A DNA stretch of 59,175 nt, from positions 1 to 59,175 of IMG/VR virus record IMGVR_UViG_3300045988_086641; one strand, written 5' to 3'. Position 1 is the stretch's first letter; each line of letters begins with the position of its first letter. The DNA comes from a virus. The notes beneath the pieces were generated by a model that was not told the origin of the DNA, made no database searches, and saw nothing but the letters and a program-made list of their open reading frames with translations. Shown piece after piece: positions 9,516 to 18,918 of this stretch. A program made the translations under genes and the position numbers.

Positions 9516-10286
9516 ATGGAAAATGAAGTAAAACAAATGGTAAAAGAAGAAGGAGGTGCGAATATGGAAAAGGCTATGGTAGTATTTAGCGGCGGAATTG
9601 ATAGTACTACTTGTTTAGCAATGGCTATAGAAAAACATGGTAAAGATAATGTAGTAGCAATTAGTTTTACTTATGGTCAAAAACATAGCATTGAATTGGA
9701 ATGTGCTAAAAAGATTACTGAATATTATGGAGTTAAACATATTATTAGAGATTTATCAGAAGTATATAAAGGTAATAAAACTTGTAAATTATTAAAAGGT
9801 AATGAAGAAGTTGAACATACTAGATATGAAGAACAAACAGAAGCAAATGGTCATCATGCTGTAGATACTTATGTACCTTTTAGAAATGGTTTAATGTTAT
9901 CTTATGCAGCAGCACTTGCTATTGAAGAAAATGTAAGCGTTATCTATTATGGCTCTCATGCCGATGATGCGGAAGGAAATGCTTATCCAGATTGCAGTAT
10001 TGCTTTTAATGAAGCAATGGGTAAAGCCATTTATGAAGGAACTGGTGGCGAAGTAAGAGTTGAAGGGCTAATTATTAACCTACATAAGAATGAGGTTATT
10101 GCTAAAGGATTAGAATTAGAAGCACCATATAATTTAACTTGGTCTTGCTATGAAGGAAAAGATAAACCATGTGGAACTTGTCCTTCTTGTAGAAAAAGAA
10201 TAGAATCATTCCTTGCAAATGGAGTTTTAGACCCAGTGGATTATGAGGATGATACTTATAACAGATTGGAGGATAAAAATGAGTAA
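9516..10286 (+). CDS. queC: 7-cyano-7-deazaguanine synthase QueC
   Basis: PP-loop 'VVFSGGIDST' and C-terminal zinc motif 'CGTCPSCRKR'. RBS AAAGGAGG; an alternative start ATG 9564 also has a strong RBS. Confidence 0.8.
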   Translation: MENEVKQMVKEEGGANMEKAMVVFSGGIDSTTCLAMAIEKHGKDNVVAISFTYGQKHSIELECAKKITEYYGVKHIIRDLSEVYKGNKTCKLLKGNEEVEHTRYEEQTEANGHHAVDTYVPFRNGLMLSYAAALAIEENVSVIYYGSHADDAEGNAYPDCSIAFNEAMGKAIYEGTGGEVRVEGLIINLHKNEVIAKGLELEAPYNLTWSCYEGKDKPCGTCPSCRKRIESFLANGVLDPVDYEDDTYNRLEDKNE

Positions 10287-11181
10287 ATTAGATTATTTCT
10301 TTGTTGGATGGAACTCCGATTTATTATTTGATATATTGATGGAGAACAACTGTAATATGTTGCTCTCTCAATATAACAATAGGTCAATGATTAAAAAAGT
10401 TATTGATTATAAGAAAGAGCACCCAGAATATACGGGTAAATTATTTATTGATTCTGGAGCATATACAGTAAGTACTAAAGGTGATGAAGTTGATATTGAT
10501 AGTTATATTTCTTATATAAATGATATTGGAGAATATGTAGATATCATAGCTCCTCTTGATGTTATTCCAAAGTTCAAAGGGGATAAAACAGAAGAAGCAA
10601 GCGAAAGAAATTATAACTATATGATGGAGCATCTAAAGTATCCAGAAAAACTTATACCAGTCTTCCATGAAGGTGAAAGCTGGGAATATCTTAAAAAGAT
10701 TTTATCATATGGAAAAGATTACATTGCTGTAGGTGCTTTGGTTGGGGCATCTAGAAATCAAATAGAATACTTTTTAGAAAAGGTATTTCTTATTATAGAA
10801 GAATTCGAAAAGAAAACAGGAAGAAAGATAAAGGTTCATACTTTTGGAATGACCAACCAAAAACTATTAAAGAGTTTTCCTATAACAAGTGCAGATAGTA
10901 CAAGCCATATTATGTGCGCAAGTAGAGGAAGTATAATGACCGATTATGGTATTATCCCAGTCAGCGATGTTCAATCTAATTTAAAGAATCATGTATTTAA
11001 TAAATCCGATTCAGCAATTCAAAATCTTCAGAAGTATTTAGATAAACTAGGTATAAACCTAGACCAAATAACAGGAGAAAGAGGTTATATTTATAGAACT
11101 ATTATAAATGTGTACTATATTTTAGACTTCTGCAATAATTATAAGTACGAAGATAAGATAAAAAGGAAACCATTATTCTAG
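10279..11181 (+). CDS. dpdA: DpdA-like DNA guanine transglycosylase (tRNA-guanine transglycosylase homologue)
   Basis: TGT-family catalytic motif 'LFIDSGAYTV' (DSGG[FY]Q-like); sits in the preQ0 cluster; RBS GGAGG. Confidence 0.55.
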   Translation: MSKLDYFFVGWNSDLLFDILMENNCNMLLSQYNNRSMIKKVIDYKKEHPEYTGKLFIDSGAYTVSTKGDEVDIDSYISYINDIGEYVDIIAPLDVIPKFKGDKTEEASERNYNYMMEHLKYPEKLIPVFHEGESWEYLKKILSYGKDYIAVGALVGASRNQIEYFLEKVFLIIEEFEKKTGRKIKVHTFGMTNQKLLKSFPITSADSTSHIMCASRGSIMTDYGIIPVSDVQSNLKNHVFNKSDSAIQNLQKYLDKLGINLDQITGERGYIYRTIINVYYILDFCNNYKYEDKIKRKPLF

Positions 11182-11191
11182 GAGGCGTATT

Positions 11192-11602
11192 GTGTCAGAG
11201 AAGAAATATGTTAAATGGTGGGAAGTAAAAGAATACTTAAATAATTTAGTAGAAAGATTAGAAAGTACTGAAAACTTTCGTTTAGAGGATTGTCCTGGTA
11301 TATTTACATTTCCAAGAGGTGGTTTAATACTAGCAACATTGTTATCATATTTAATACATAAACCAATATTAACAAATCCAGCACCTGGTTGCATTATTAT
11401 TGATGATATTGTAGATACAGGAATAACCATGAAAAAGTATTCAGATTTAAGACATGATAAAAATTATTTTATTACCTCTATGTTTGTTCAAACAAAACAA
11501 CTATATAAGGTGTCAGATTATAATTGTGATGTTGATTATTTTGAATATGAGAAAAAAGATGAATGGATTGTTTATCCTTGGGAGGATATGAGTCAATGGT
11601 AG
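11192..11602 (+). CDS. Type I phosphoribosyltransferase-fold protein, unassigned, embedded in the deazaguanine cluster
   Basis: PRPP-binding motif 'CIIIDDIVDTGITM'; GTG start with RBS GGAGG. Confidence 0.5.
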   Translation: MSEKKYVKWWEVKEYLNNLVERLESTENFRLEDCPGIFTFPRGGLILATLLSYLIHKPILTNPAPGCIIIDDIVDTGITMKKYSDLRHDKNYFITSMFVQTKQLYKVSDYNCDVDYFEYEKKDEWIVYPWEDMSQW

Positions 11603-11799
11603 AAGTATTAGGAATTATTGCAACATTATTTATAGTAATAGCGTTTGCAATGAATAGTAAAAAGTTAATAAGAATATTTGATACAATAGGAGCCATCCTA
11701 TTTATCATTTATGGAATATTGATTAGCAGTTTAAGTGTATGGTTATTAAATGGTATTTTAGTAATAATTAACATATATAAGTTAATCAAAGAAAAGTAG
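11596..11799 (+). CDS. Small two-TM membrane protein
   Basis: Two hydrophobic helices 'VLGIIATLFIVIAFA' and 'IGAILFIIYGILISSLSVWLL'. The start overlaps the preceding stop (ATGG TAG). Confidence 0.4.
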   Translation: MVEVLGIIATLFIVIAFAMNSKKLIRIFDTIGAILFIIYGILISSLSVWLLNGILVIINIYKLIKEK

Positions 11800-11815
11800 T
11801 TCGTATAATAATTTT
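11795..11815 (+). promoter_or_regulatory. Phage promoter consensus TCGTATAAT, copy 4
   Basis: 'agtagttcgtataataatttt' before RBS GAAGGAGG of queD. Confidence 0.5.
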
Positions 11816-11830
11816 GAAGGAGGAAAGTAT

Positions 11831-12295
11831 ATGAGAGTTACAAAACATATTGAGTTTGAAACAGCACATTTATTACCAGGTTATGATGGTGGGTGTGGAA
11901 ACTTGCACGGTCATAGCTATAAGTTAGAGGTTACAGTACAAGGACCTCAAACGGATGGATGGGGAATGGTAATCGATTTCAAAAAATTGAAAAAATGTAT
12001 GGAAGAGATAGTACCAGACCATCGCTATATTTATAATGCTAAAGAACCATCAGAAATCGAAAAAGATTTAGTTGAGGTATTAAAGAAACACGATATTAAA
12101 TATCAAGGTATGCCTTTTGATACCACTGCAGAAAATATGGTAAGATACTTCGCAGAGATGATTGAACAATCTTTACAAAATAATTATGGTTACCCAGGAG
12201 TTAAGGTGGTAGAAGCAAAACTTTGGGAAACAAGTAATAGTTATGCAACTTATATAGCACCAGAGCAATTATCTTTATTTGAGGAGGAGAAATAA
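11831..12295 (+). CDS. queD: 6-carboxy-5,6,7,8-tetrahydropterin synthase QueD
   Basis: 'ETAHLLPGYDGGCGNLHGHSY' (QueD Cys-x-x-x-His-Gly-His zinc/catalytic motif). Confidence 0.8.
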   Translation: MRVTKHIEFETAHLLPGYDGGCGNLHGHSYKLEVTVQGPQTDGWGMVIDFKKLKKCMEEIVPDHRYIYNAKEPSEIEKDLVEVLKKHDIKYQGMPFDTTAENMVRYFAEMIEQSLQNNYGYPGVKVVEAKLWETSNSYATYIAPEQLSLFEEEK

Positions 12296-13017
12296 TGATA
12301 CCAGTTGCGGAAATATTTGGTCCAACTATTCAAGGGGAAGGACCTAACACTGGAATCAAAGCCTTATTTGTTAGGGTAGTTGGATGCGATTTCAAATGTA
12401 GTTGGTGCGATAGTAAATTCGCTTGGAAAGTAAATAAGGATACAAAGTATTACAAAGAAGAAGAACTAGGAAACATATTAGTAGAAAAATGTAATAAAAG
12501 TAATACTAGTAATGTAATACTAACTGGAGGAAATCCTTGTTTATATGATTTCGAAGAAGTTATTGATATCTTACATAAGAATAAGATAAAGGTAGATATT
12601 GAAACACAAGGAAGCATTTTTCCAGGATGGATGAGTAAATTAGATACTGTGGTTATTAGTCCTAAAGCACCATCTAGTGGAATGGAGGATGTTTATTATA
12701 GAATTAGCACTTGGTTAGATAGACCTGATGTTAATAATCATATAGTAATTAAAATACCAGTATTTAATGATGATGATTTTGAATTCGCCAAGAAGTATTA
12801 TGAGTTATGTGAGTATTATAGAAATGATTATAATATGAACATAGATTTATACATAAATGTAGGAAATGATGATACTTCAGCACAAGGGGATATTTCAAAA
12901 AGAATTCTGGATAATTATAGAAAACTAATTGATAAGGTTATGGCTTCAGAAATGAAAAGAGTTTATGTTATGCCTCAAGTACATACTTTAGTATGGGGAA
13001 ATAAGCAAGGAGTGTGA
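12295..13017 (+). CDS. queE: 7-carboxy-7-deazaguanine synthase QueE (radical SAM)
   Basis: 'FVRVVGCDFKCSWCDS' CxxxCxxC cluster near the N-terminus. Confidence 0.75.
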   Translation: MIPVAEIFGPTIQGEGPNTGIKALFVRVVGCDFKCSWCDSKFAWKVNKDTKYYKEEELGNILVEKCNKSNTSNVILTGGNPCLYDFEEVIDILHKNKIKVDIETQGSIFPGWMSKLDTVVISPKAPSSGMEDVYYRISTWLDRPDVNNHIVIKIPVFNDDDFEFAKKYYELCEYYRNDYNMNIDLYINVGNDDTSAQGDISKRILDNYRKLIDKVMASEMKRVYVMPQVHTLVWGNKQGV

Positions 13018-13022
13018 TTATA

Positions 13023-13634
13023 ATGAGTAAGTATAATTATGAAGCAGTAAAAGAGGCTACCAAGCAATTACTAATTGCTATGGGGCAAGACCCAGAAAGA
13101 CCTGGACTAAAAGAAACACCAAGAAGAGTAGCTGGATATTGGAAAGAGTTATTAGAGGGAGAAGAATATACTAACGCCGAAATAGCAGAAAAGTATAGTA
13201 AAGAATTCGAAGTAGGATATGACCCTATGGTAACTGTTTATCAAAAAGATTTATATAGTCATTGCGAACATCATTTAGCACTTATGTTTGATGGTTCTGT
13301 TGTAATGGGTTATATACCAGTTAAAAATGATGATGGTACTTATAAAGTATTAGGATTAAGTAAATTGTATAGAATTGCCGAAATGTGCGCAAAAAGATTA
13401 CAATTACAAGAAAAATTAGCAGCTGATATTGCTGAATGTATTTCTTTAGCTACTGGTTCTAAAGAGGTATATGTAAATCTAGATATGAAACATGGTTGCG
13501 TAAGTGCTAGAGGGGTTAAAGCATCAGGAAGTACTAATGTAACTTTTATGACAGAAGAGTTAAGAAAAGATGCAGAGGCAAGAGCCGAATTTGAAAGAAA
13601 AGCTGCTGAAATAGTAGCTAGACATTCTAAATAG
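13023..13634 (+). CDS. folE: GTP cyclohydrolase I FolE
   Basis: 'ETPRRVAGYW' and 'YSHCEHHLALMFDG' signatures. RBS AAGGAG 11 nt before ATG 13023. Confidence 0.8.
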   Translation: MSKYNYEAVKEATKQLLIAMGQDPERPGLKETPRRVAGYWKELLEGEEYTNAEIAEKYSKEFEVGYDPMVTVYQKDLYSHCEHHLALMFDGSVVMGYIPVKNDDGTYKVLGLSKLYRIAEMCAKRLQLQEKLAADIAECISLATGSKEVYVNLDMKHGCVSARGVKASGSTNVTFMTEELRKDAEARAEFERKAAEIVARHSK

Positions 13635-13645
13635 GGAGGAATAAA

Positions 13646-14734
13646 ATGATAGCAATTAAAACTGAAAAAGTTCAAGATATGATGAACAAAGCTATAAAGA
13701 TTTGTAGCTCTGAAAGTGAATCACCATTGACTAGTTTAGTAGAAGTTAAGGTAGAGTCAGGATATCTTCATATTACTACCACTGATACAGTAATTAACTT
13801 TAGTATTGCCGAAAAGGTAGATAGCGAAGAAAATATGAGGGTAGTTGTGGATGCCAAGTTATTAACAAGTTTAGTAAATAAAATAACTACACCAGAGATT
13901 AGATTTCATATAAATGAAAATTCTCTAATAGTTGAAGGTAACGGTGTATATTATTTACAAATAAGACTTGATGATAGTGGGGATGTAATTACTTTCCCAG
14001 ATATTAAAGAAGCAACTGGCGAAGGAATTGATATTGATTTCAAAGAATTAAACAGAAGATTAGAAATTGCTAAATCTTCAATACCTACTTTATTTGATGC
14101 AAAAGAAATGAATAACTATTATTTAGCATCTAATATAATTACTTCAGATGTTTTTAAAATATGTTCAATTCCAAATATAGAGCCACTTAAAAATATGGAA
14201 TTGTTTATTGAAAGAACATTAGGAAATGCCTTCATTGCTTTAGGACTTGTGAAAGGAAAATTATTTTATGACAAAGAAACTAACCTTTTAACTATTTTAG
14301 ATACCAATTACACAATTCAAAGTGTAATAGGAAGAGGTAGGGATATATATCCATTAAATGGTATATTGGATATGATATCTTCTTCATATGCATATAACGC
14401 TCAAATAAATAAACATGGGTTATTAAACTTATTAGATAGGGCATTGTTATTTGTAGGAGATTATGATAAGAATGGAATCAATCTTACTTTTAAACCAGAT
14501 AGACTAACTGTTACATCTGTTAATGGTGCGGTAAAAGAAGATATTAAATATGGGGAAGCTAATGTGGATGGTTTAGTGGAATTTAATGCTTTAGTAGATA
14601 TTAAAAATCTAAAAGACCAATTAGATGTATTACCAGAGGAAAAAGTAACTATGTACTTTGGTGATAATGAAAGAGCAATTAAGATGGTTCAAAATGATAT
14701 AATTCAAGTAAGTGCAATATTAGAAGAGGATTAG
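13646..14734 (+). CDS. Putative DNA polymerase sliding clamp (DnaN-like)
   Basis: ~360 aa. The N-terminal pattern 'KVQDMMNKAIKICSS...PLTSLVEVKVESGYLHITTTDTVINFSIAEKV...VVVDAKLLTSLVNKI' parallels the DnaN domain I consensus. A clamp-loader gene set is present downstream. Confidence 0.4.
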   Translation: MIAIKTEKVQDMMNKAIKICSSESESPLTSLVEVKVESGYLHITTTDTVINFSIAEKVDSEENMRVVVDAKLLTSLVNKITTPEIRFHINENSLIVEGNGVYYLQIRLDDSGDVITFPDIKEATGEGIDIDFKELNRRLEIAKSSIPTLFDAKEMNNYYLASNIITSDVFKICSIPNIEPLKNMELFIERTLGNAFIALGLVKGKLFYDKETNLLTILDTNYTIQSVIGRGRDIYPLNGILDMISSSYAYNAQINKHGLLNLLDRALLFVGDYDKNGINLTFKPDRLTVTSVNGAVKEDIKYGEANVDGLVEFNALVDIKNLKDQLDVLPEEKVTMYFGDNERAIKMVQNDIIQVSAILEED

Positions 14735-14735
14735 G

Positions 14736-15575
14736 ATGGCTAGAGGATTATTTTCAGTCTCTAACCTTATTAAACAAGAGGAGGCTAGTAAGAATGTAGC
14801 CTCCTTGTTTCTTAAAAGAATAAATGAGGCTATAATTAAATTAGAACCAGATTATAAACCATCAATATATTATAAACCATCAAGTCTTATTTGTATGAGA
14901 CAAATGTATTTTACTCGAAAGGGAGTTGAACCGGAAGAGGAAAAGAAAGATGCTTCTTTTATTGGTATATGCGAAAGTGGTACTGATAGACATGATAGAA
15001 TACAAAAAGTATTAAATCAAATGAAAGAGCTAGGTATGGAATTTGAGTATATAGATGTAGAAACATATGTCAAAGAACATAACCTAGTAGATATAGAAAT
15101 AAAAGAGAAAAAAGGAATGGAAACCCATTGCTTCAATAAAAGATATAATATGAGTTTCTTTACCGATGGTATAATTAAGTTTATACCAGAAGATAAGTAT
15201 TTCATATTTGAATATAAAACAGAAGTAACCCAAAAGTTTAGTGGTAGGGATAAGGAAGAGCTTATGCACCAAACACAAGCAGCTTGTTATTCTTTAAACT
15301 TTGGAATTGATGATACTCTATTTGTATATGAGGATAGAAACTTCTGTACTAAGAAATGTTTTCTATATCATGTAAGCGAAGAAGATAAAAGAAACAAAGT
15401 TATAGATAAGATAAAAAGATGTGAGGAATACGTTAATAAGAATGAAGTTCCTCCAAAACTTAAAAATATCGATATAGACCCTAACTATACTGGTGGTCAT
15501 GATAGAGTAATGGGTCCATCAGCAAAGGTCTGCGAATATTGTAGGTATAAAAAGGAGTGTTGTAAACATCTATGA
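14736..15575 (+). CDS. Cas4/RecB-like PD-(D/E)XK nuclease with Fe-S cysteine cluster
   Basis: N-terminal Cys 'SLICMRQ', motifs 'D..FEYKT' and 'QTQAACY', and C-terminal 'CEYCRYKKECC'. Confidence 0.55.
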   Translation: MARGLFSVSNLIKQEEASKNVASLFLKRINEAIIKLEPDYKPSIYYKPSSLICMRQMYFTRKGVEPEEEKKDASFIGICESGTDRHDRIQKVLNQMKELGMEFEYIDVETYVKEHNLVDIEIKEKKGMETHCFNKRYNMSFFTDGIIKFIPEDKYFIFEYKTEVTQKFSGRDKEELMHQTQAACYSLNFGIDDTLFVYEDRNFCTKKCFLYHVSEEDKRNKVIDKIKRCEEYVNKNEVPPKLKNIDIDPNYTGGHDRVMGPSAKVCEYCRYKKECCKHL

Positions 15576-15724
15576 GTACGCAAGAAGTATTTGAATATCT
15601 ATATCCAGTGGGATCATATTTTCTTTCTAAAAATAGAAATATGATATTTCCTGCTGGAAAATGGATATATGTAGGAATTACTATTTTAGGTGAAGGAGCT
15701 TACGTTTTCAGAAGAGTTAAATGA
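15572..15724 (+). CDS. small hypothetical protein (50 aa, below the track's length cut-off)
   Basis: The ATG overlaps the upstream stop (ATGA) and it fills a gap between genes; weak RBS. Confidence 0.25.
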   Translation: MSTQEVFEYLYPVGSYFLSKNRNMIFPAGKWIYVGITILGEGAYVFRRVK

Positions 15725-15734
15725 GGAGGTCAAA

Positions 15735-16091
15735 ATGTCAATAAATAGTAAAAAGAAAGGGGCGGCTGGAGAAAGGGAATTTGCTAATTTCTGCAAGAAT
15801 ATGGGGTTTGATGTTAGAAGAACCGCACAATATAATGGAAAAGAATTAGATTCAAAAGCCGATATAGTTGGTATACCTGGAATACATATAGAGGTTAAGA
15901 GAGTAGAGCAATTAAATATACATAAAGCAATGGACCAAGCTATTAGAGATAGTGAGGGACATAATGAAATACCAATTGTGGCACATAGAAAGAATAATAC
16001 AAAATGGTTAATAACTATGACAGCTGAAGATTGGTTTAGATTATGGTATGGTATAGAAAAGGAGGAGGAAAAAGATGGCAAGTCTTCATAA
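15735..16091 (+). CDS. Hjc-type Holliday junction resolvase (PD-(D/E)XK)
   Basis: 'KKKGAAGEREFANFCKNMGFDVRR...DIVGIPGIHIEVK' matches the archaeal-type Hjc motif; RBS GAGGAGG. Confidence 0.55.
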   Translation: MSINSKKKGAAGEREFANFCKNMGFDVRRTAQYNGKELDSKADIVGIPGIHIEVKRVEQLNIHKAMDQAIRDSEGHNEIPIVAHRKNNTKWLITMTAEDWFRLWYGIEKEEEKDGKSS

Positions 16092-16299
16092 AAAGTTTAG
16101 GGATAATAATGATAAGAGGGTATTGAAAGAAATGTTTGGTAAAGAACCAAAGCATAGATGTCCTGTTTGTCATAGATTTACATTATTTAATCATAAGGAT
16201 ACTAGGTTAAATCCATATAAGGGATGCGTAATGTGTTACCTTATAGCAGAAACCAGAAAGGAAAGAGCTAAAAATGAAGAGAGAGGAAGTTCTAAATAA
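16075..16299 (+). CDS. zinc-ribbon protein (CPVC...CVMC)
   Basis: Two CxxC pairs. Confidence 0.45.
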   Translation: MASLHKKFRDNNDKRVLKEMFGKEPKHRCPVCHRFTLFNHKDTRLNPYKGCVMCYLIAETRKERAKNEERGSSK

Positions 16300-16765
16300 A
16301 CAAATACAAGAAAATAGTATCTTGATAGAAAACATTGTTTATGAAATAACCAATGAGTATACTAGAGGGCTTGATGAAATTATGATAACCTGTAGGAAGA
16401 TATTCTCTGTCGGACCCAGAATAACAGATGAAGAATTAGAAGATTTATTAACTCAATTACCATGTGCTTTATACTTTGTAAATGAGGGTCAAGAACTTTT
16501 AGGGTTAAGAGAGGATATATCTAAAATGACTAAAATGGAAAAATATAATGAAGCAAGAAAGAAAGCCATAGGCACTATTGCTGATAAAAATTCAGAAGCA
16601 GAGCTCAAAGTTATGAACGAAGAGCTCAATCGTATAATTTACCAGAGGTGTTATAAAATGGTAAAGAGTAAGATTGAAATGGGTCAAGAAATGATAAACA
16701 GTTTAAAAAGAGTTTTTGATGCCAGAATGATGGAAAGAGAAATCTCGAGGGGGGTTAGAAGATGA
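16274..16765 (+). CDS. hypothetical protein
   Basis: ORF in the operon context. Confidence 0.5.
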   Translation: MKREEVLNKQIQENSILIENIVYEITNEYTRGLDEIMITCRKIFSVGPRITDEELEDLLTQLPCALYFVNEGQELLGLREDISKMTKMEKYNEARKKAIGTIADKNSEAELKVMNEELNRIIYQRCYKMVKSKIEMGQEMINSLKRVFDARMMEREISRGVRR

Positions 16766-17010
16766 AAATAAGCGGCAGGAAAACAAAAATAATGGGTATG
16801 ATAGAAAAGAATGATAATTATTATGTTATTAGAGATAAAGAAGATTATACCTTCGTTCAAGAGGATGGTAATGTTTGTTATAGTATAATGGATGCCGAGT
16901 GGTATAGAAGTTATAAAGATGCTAAGAATAATCTAGAACTATTTGATGAACCAGAAAGGTTTGATATTATACTAATAAGCTGCTTAATTAGATTGGAGGA
17001 GGTTATGTAA
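16762..17010 (+). CDS. hypothetical protein
   Basis: ORF with stop/start overlap, consistent with translational coupling. Confidence 0.45.
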   Translation: MKISGRKTKIMGMIEKNDNYYVIRDKEDYTFVQEDGNVCYSIMDAEWYRSYKDAKNNLELFDEPERFDIILISCLIRLEEVM

Positions 17011-17012
17011 CT

Positions 17013-17228
17013 ATGACCGAAGTAGAGCATAGTAATAAGGTTGCCGAATTAGAATCTATATATTTGGGTAAATATATAAAAGATGATAATGAGTTTGTAA
17101 AGATTATAGAGATATTTGTGGATTATAGAGATGAATACCAGCATATGAATAGGGTCAGCGATGAATATGGTAACATACATTTCATAAATGATATAGAGGA
17201 GGTATTTACAAATGAGCAGATTAGATAG
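17013..17228 (+). CDS. hypothetical protein
   Basis: ORF in the operon context. Confidence 0.4.
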   Translation: MTEVEHSNKVAELESIYLGKYIKDDNEFVKIIEIFVDYRDEYQHMNRVSDEYGNIHFINDIEEVFTNEQIR

Positions 17229-18258
17229 CTTGATAAAGGAAATAAATAAAGAGTATAAAGAAGAAATAGCTTTCAACGGCAATGATGCCGCTTTAAGAAA
17301 ATATGAATTAGTGCCATTTAGTTCTCCTAGATTAAACTATATGTTGTATGGTGGATTACCTATGGGTAGAATGATAGAGTTTGCAGGAGCAGAAAGAAGT
17401 GGTAAAACCACGACCGCTTTAGATATGGTAAAACAATGCCAAATAAAATTCGAAGAGGAAGCTAAAAAGAATAAAACGGAAAAGAGAAGAGTTTGTTTTG
17501 TAGATGCCGAGAATACCTTTGATGTAGATTGGGCTACGAAGCTCGGGGTAAAGGTAAAAGATTTATTGCTAATTAAACCACAGGAACAATATGCAGAACA
17601 AATATTTGAAATTATGAGAACAGTTATAGAAACCGGAGAGGTTGGTTTAATTGTTTTAGATAGTGTAGCTCAATTAGTTAGTAAATCAGCTTTCGAAGAA
17701 GATATAGAGAAAAAACAATATGGTGGTATTGCTATGTCATTAACTAAATTCTGCAACATAGTTGTTCCATTATTAGGTAAATACAATTGTATGTGTATTA
17801 TGATTAACCAGGTAAGAGAAGACCTTAATAATCCATATAACGAATTCATTACTCCTGGAGGAAGAGGTTTTAAACATAATTGTTCTGTTCGTCTTATGTT
17901 TCAACAAGGTAATTTCATAGATGTCAATAACAAAGAATTAACTAGAGGGGCGGAGAATCCTGCTGGTAATTTAGTTAAAGTAAAAATAGAGAAATCTAAA
18001 GTATGTAGAAGCGATAGAAGGGTAGGCTTTTATACTTTAAATTATTTGAATGGTATTGATTACATTTCCGATACTATCGATGTTCTAATGCAATTAGGTG
18101 CTATATTGCAAAGAGGTTCCTACTATGATATTATTAACCCAGAAACTGGTGAAGTATTATATGAAGAAAAGATTCAAGGTAAGCCGAACCTAATAAAGGT
18201 AATAAAAGAGAATAAAGATTTATATAAGAAGTTAGAATCCTTGATTTCGTATAATTAG
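17212..18258 (+). CDS. recA: RecA-family recombinase
   Basis: Walker A 'GAERSGKTTTAL', Walker B 'GLIVLDSVAQL', and 'ITPGGRGFKHNCSVRL' (RecA loop 2 region). Confidence 0.75.
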   Translation: MSRLDSLIKEINKEYKEEIAFNGNDAALRKYELVPFSSPRLNYMLYGGLPMGRMIEFAGAERSGKTTTALDMVKQCQIKFEEEAKKNKTEKRRVCFVDAENTFDVDWATKLGVKVKDLLLIKPQEQYAEQIFEIMRTVIETGEVGLIVLDSVAQLVSKSAFEEDIEKKQYGGIAMSLTKFCNIVVPLLGKYNCMCIMINQVREDLNNPYNEFITPGGRGFKHNCSVRLMFQQGNFIDVNNKELTRGAENPAGNLVKVKIEKSKVCRSDRRVGFYTLNYLNGIDYISDTIDVLMQLGAILQRGSYYDIINPETGEVLYEEKIQGKPNLIKVIKENKDLYKKLESLISYN

Positions 18259-18275
18259 TATGAGGAGGTAATATT

Positions 18276-18593
18276 ATGAATACCAGGAAATATAGTTATG
18301 AGCAAGAGAAAAGAATTGCAAGGTTATTGAATGGTAGAGTTAATGCAAATAGCGGAGCAACGGATTTCTATAAGGGAGATGTAAGAACTAATAATCTTTT
18401 AGTAGAATGCAAAACAAGCACCACCACTTGTAAATCTGTTTCCATTAAAAAGGAATGGTTGGATAAATTAAAAGAGGAACAATTCGCTATGGGTAAAATT
18501 GGAAGTGCCATTGCCTTTGACTTTGGTGATGGTAATGATTATTTCATAATAGATAGCAAGATGATGCAATTTCTAGGAGAGTATTATGGATGA
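18276..18593 (+). CDS. Putative PD-(D/E)XK-type nuclease (second Hjc-like fold)
   Basis: 'EKRIARLLNGRVNANSGA...KGDV...LLVECK' fits the E-R...G...SG...D...E-K resolvase pattern. Confidence 0.3.
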   Translation: MNTRKYSYEQEKRIARLLNGRVNANSGATDFYKGDVRTNNLLVECKTSTTTCKSVSIKKEWLDKLKEEQFAMGKIGSAIAFDFGDGNDYFIIDSKMMQFLGEYYG

Positions 18594-18918
18594 TTTATTT
18601 AAGGAATTATTAGAAGTTCCAGCTATTCCAAAAACAACAGGAATGGAAAAGTTAATGAGGGAGATAAGCCCATTATTAGATAGCTCTGGATTTACATTAT
18701 ATTTTAAAAGAAGTCCTCTAATATCAGAATTACAAATGTATGATATTAAATTAGCCAGAAAGAGTAAGAAGGATGAAAATAAGATGGCGATATATTACCA
18801 TGATGAAGGAATGGAGTTATTGCCATTATTAAAGAGGTTGAAGAAGTATTTAGAAAAATGGAAGGAAAACCATAAAGAATACAATATACAAAAACCAGGA
18901 GGAGGTATAAGTATATGA
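18586..18918 (+). CDS. hypothetical protein
   Basis: ORF in the operon context. Confidence 0.45.
   Translation: MDDLFKELLEVPAIPKTTGMEKLMREISPLLDSSGFTLYFKRSPLISELQMYDIKLARKSKKDENKMAIYYHDEGMELLPLLKRLKKYLEKWKENHKEYNIQKPGGGISI

Noticed and set aside
15572-15724. Resemblance of the 50-aa ORF ('YPVGSYFLS') to the tail-collar N-motif 'YPIGSIFIS'
   Set aside because: It is only a 9-residue match in a 50-aa peptide located in the replication module. This is most likely coincidence, so only the ORF itself is reported at low confidence.
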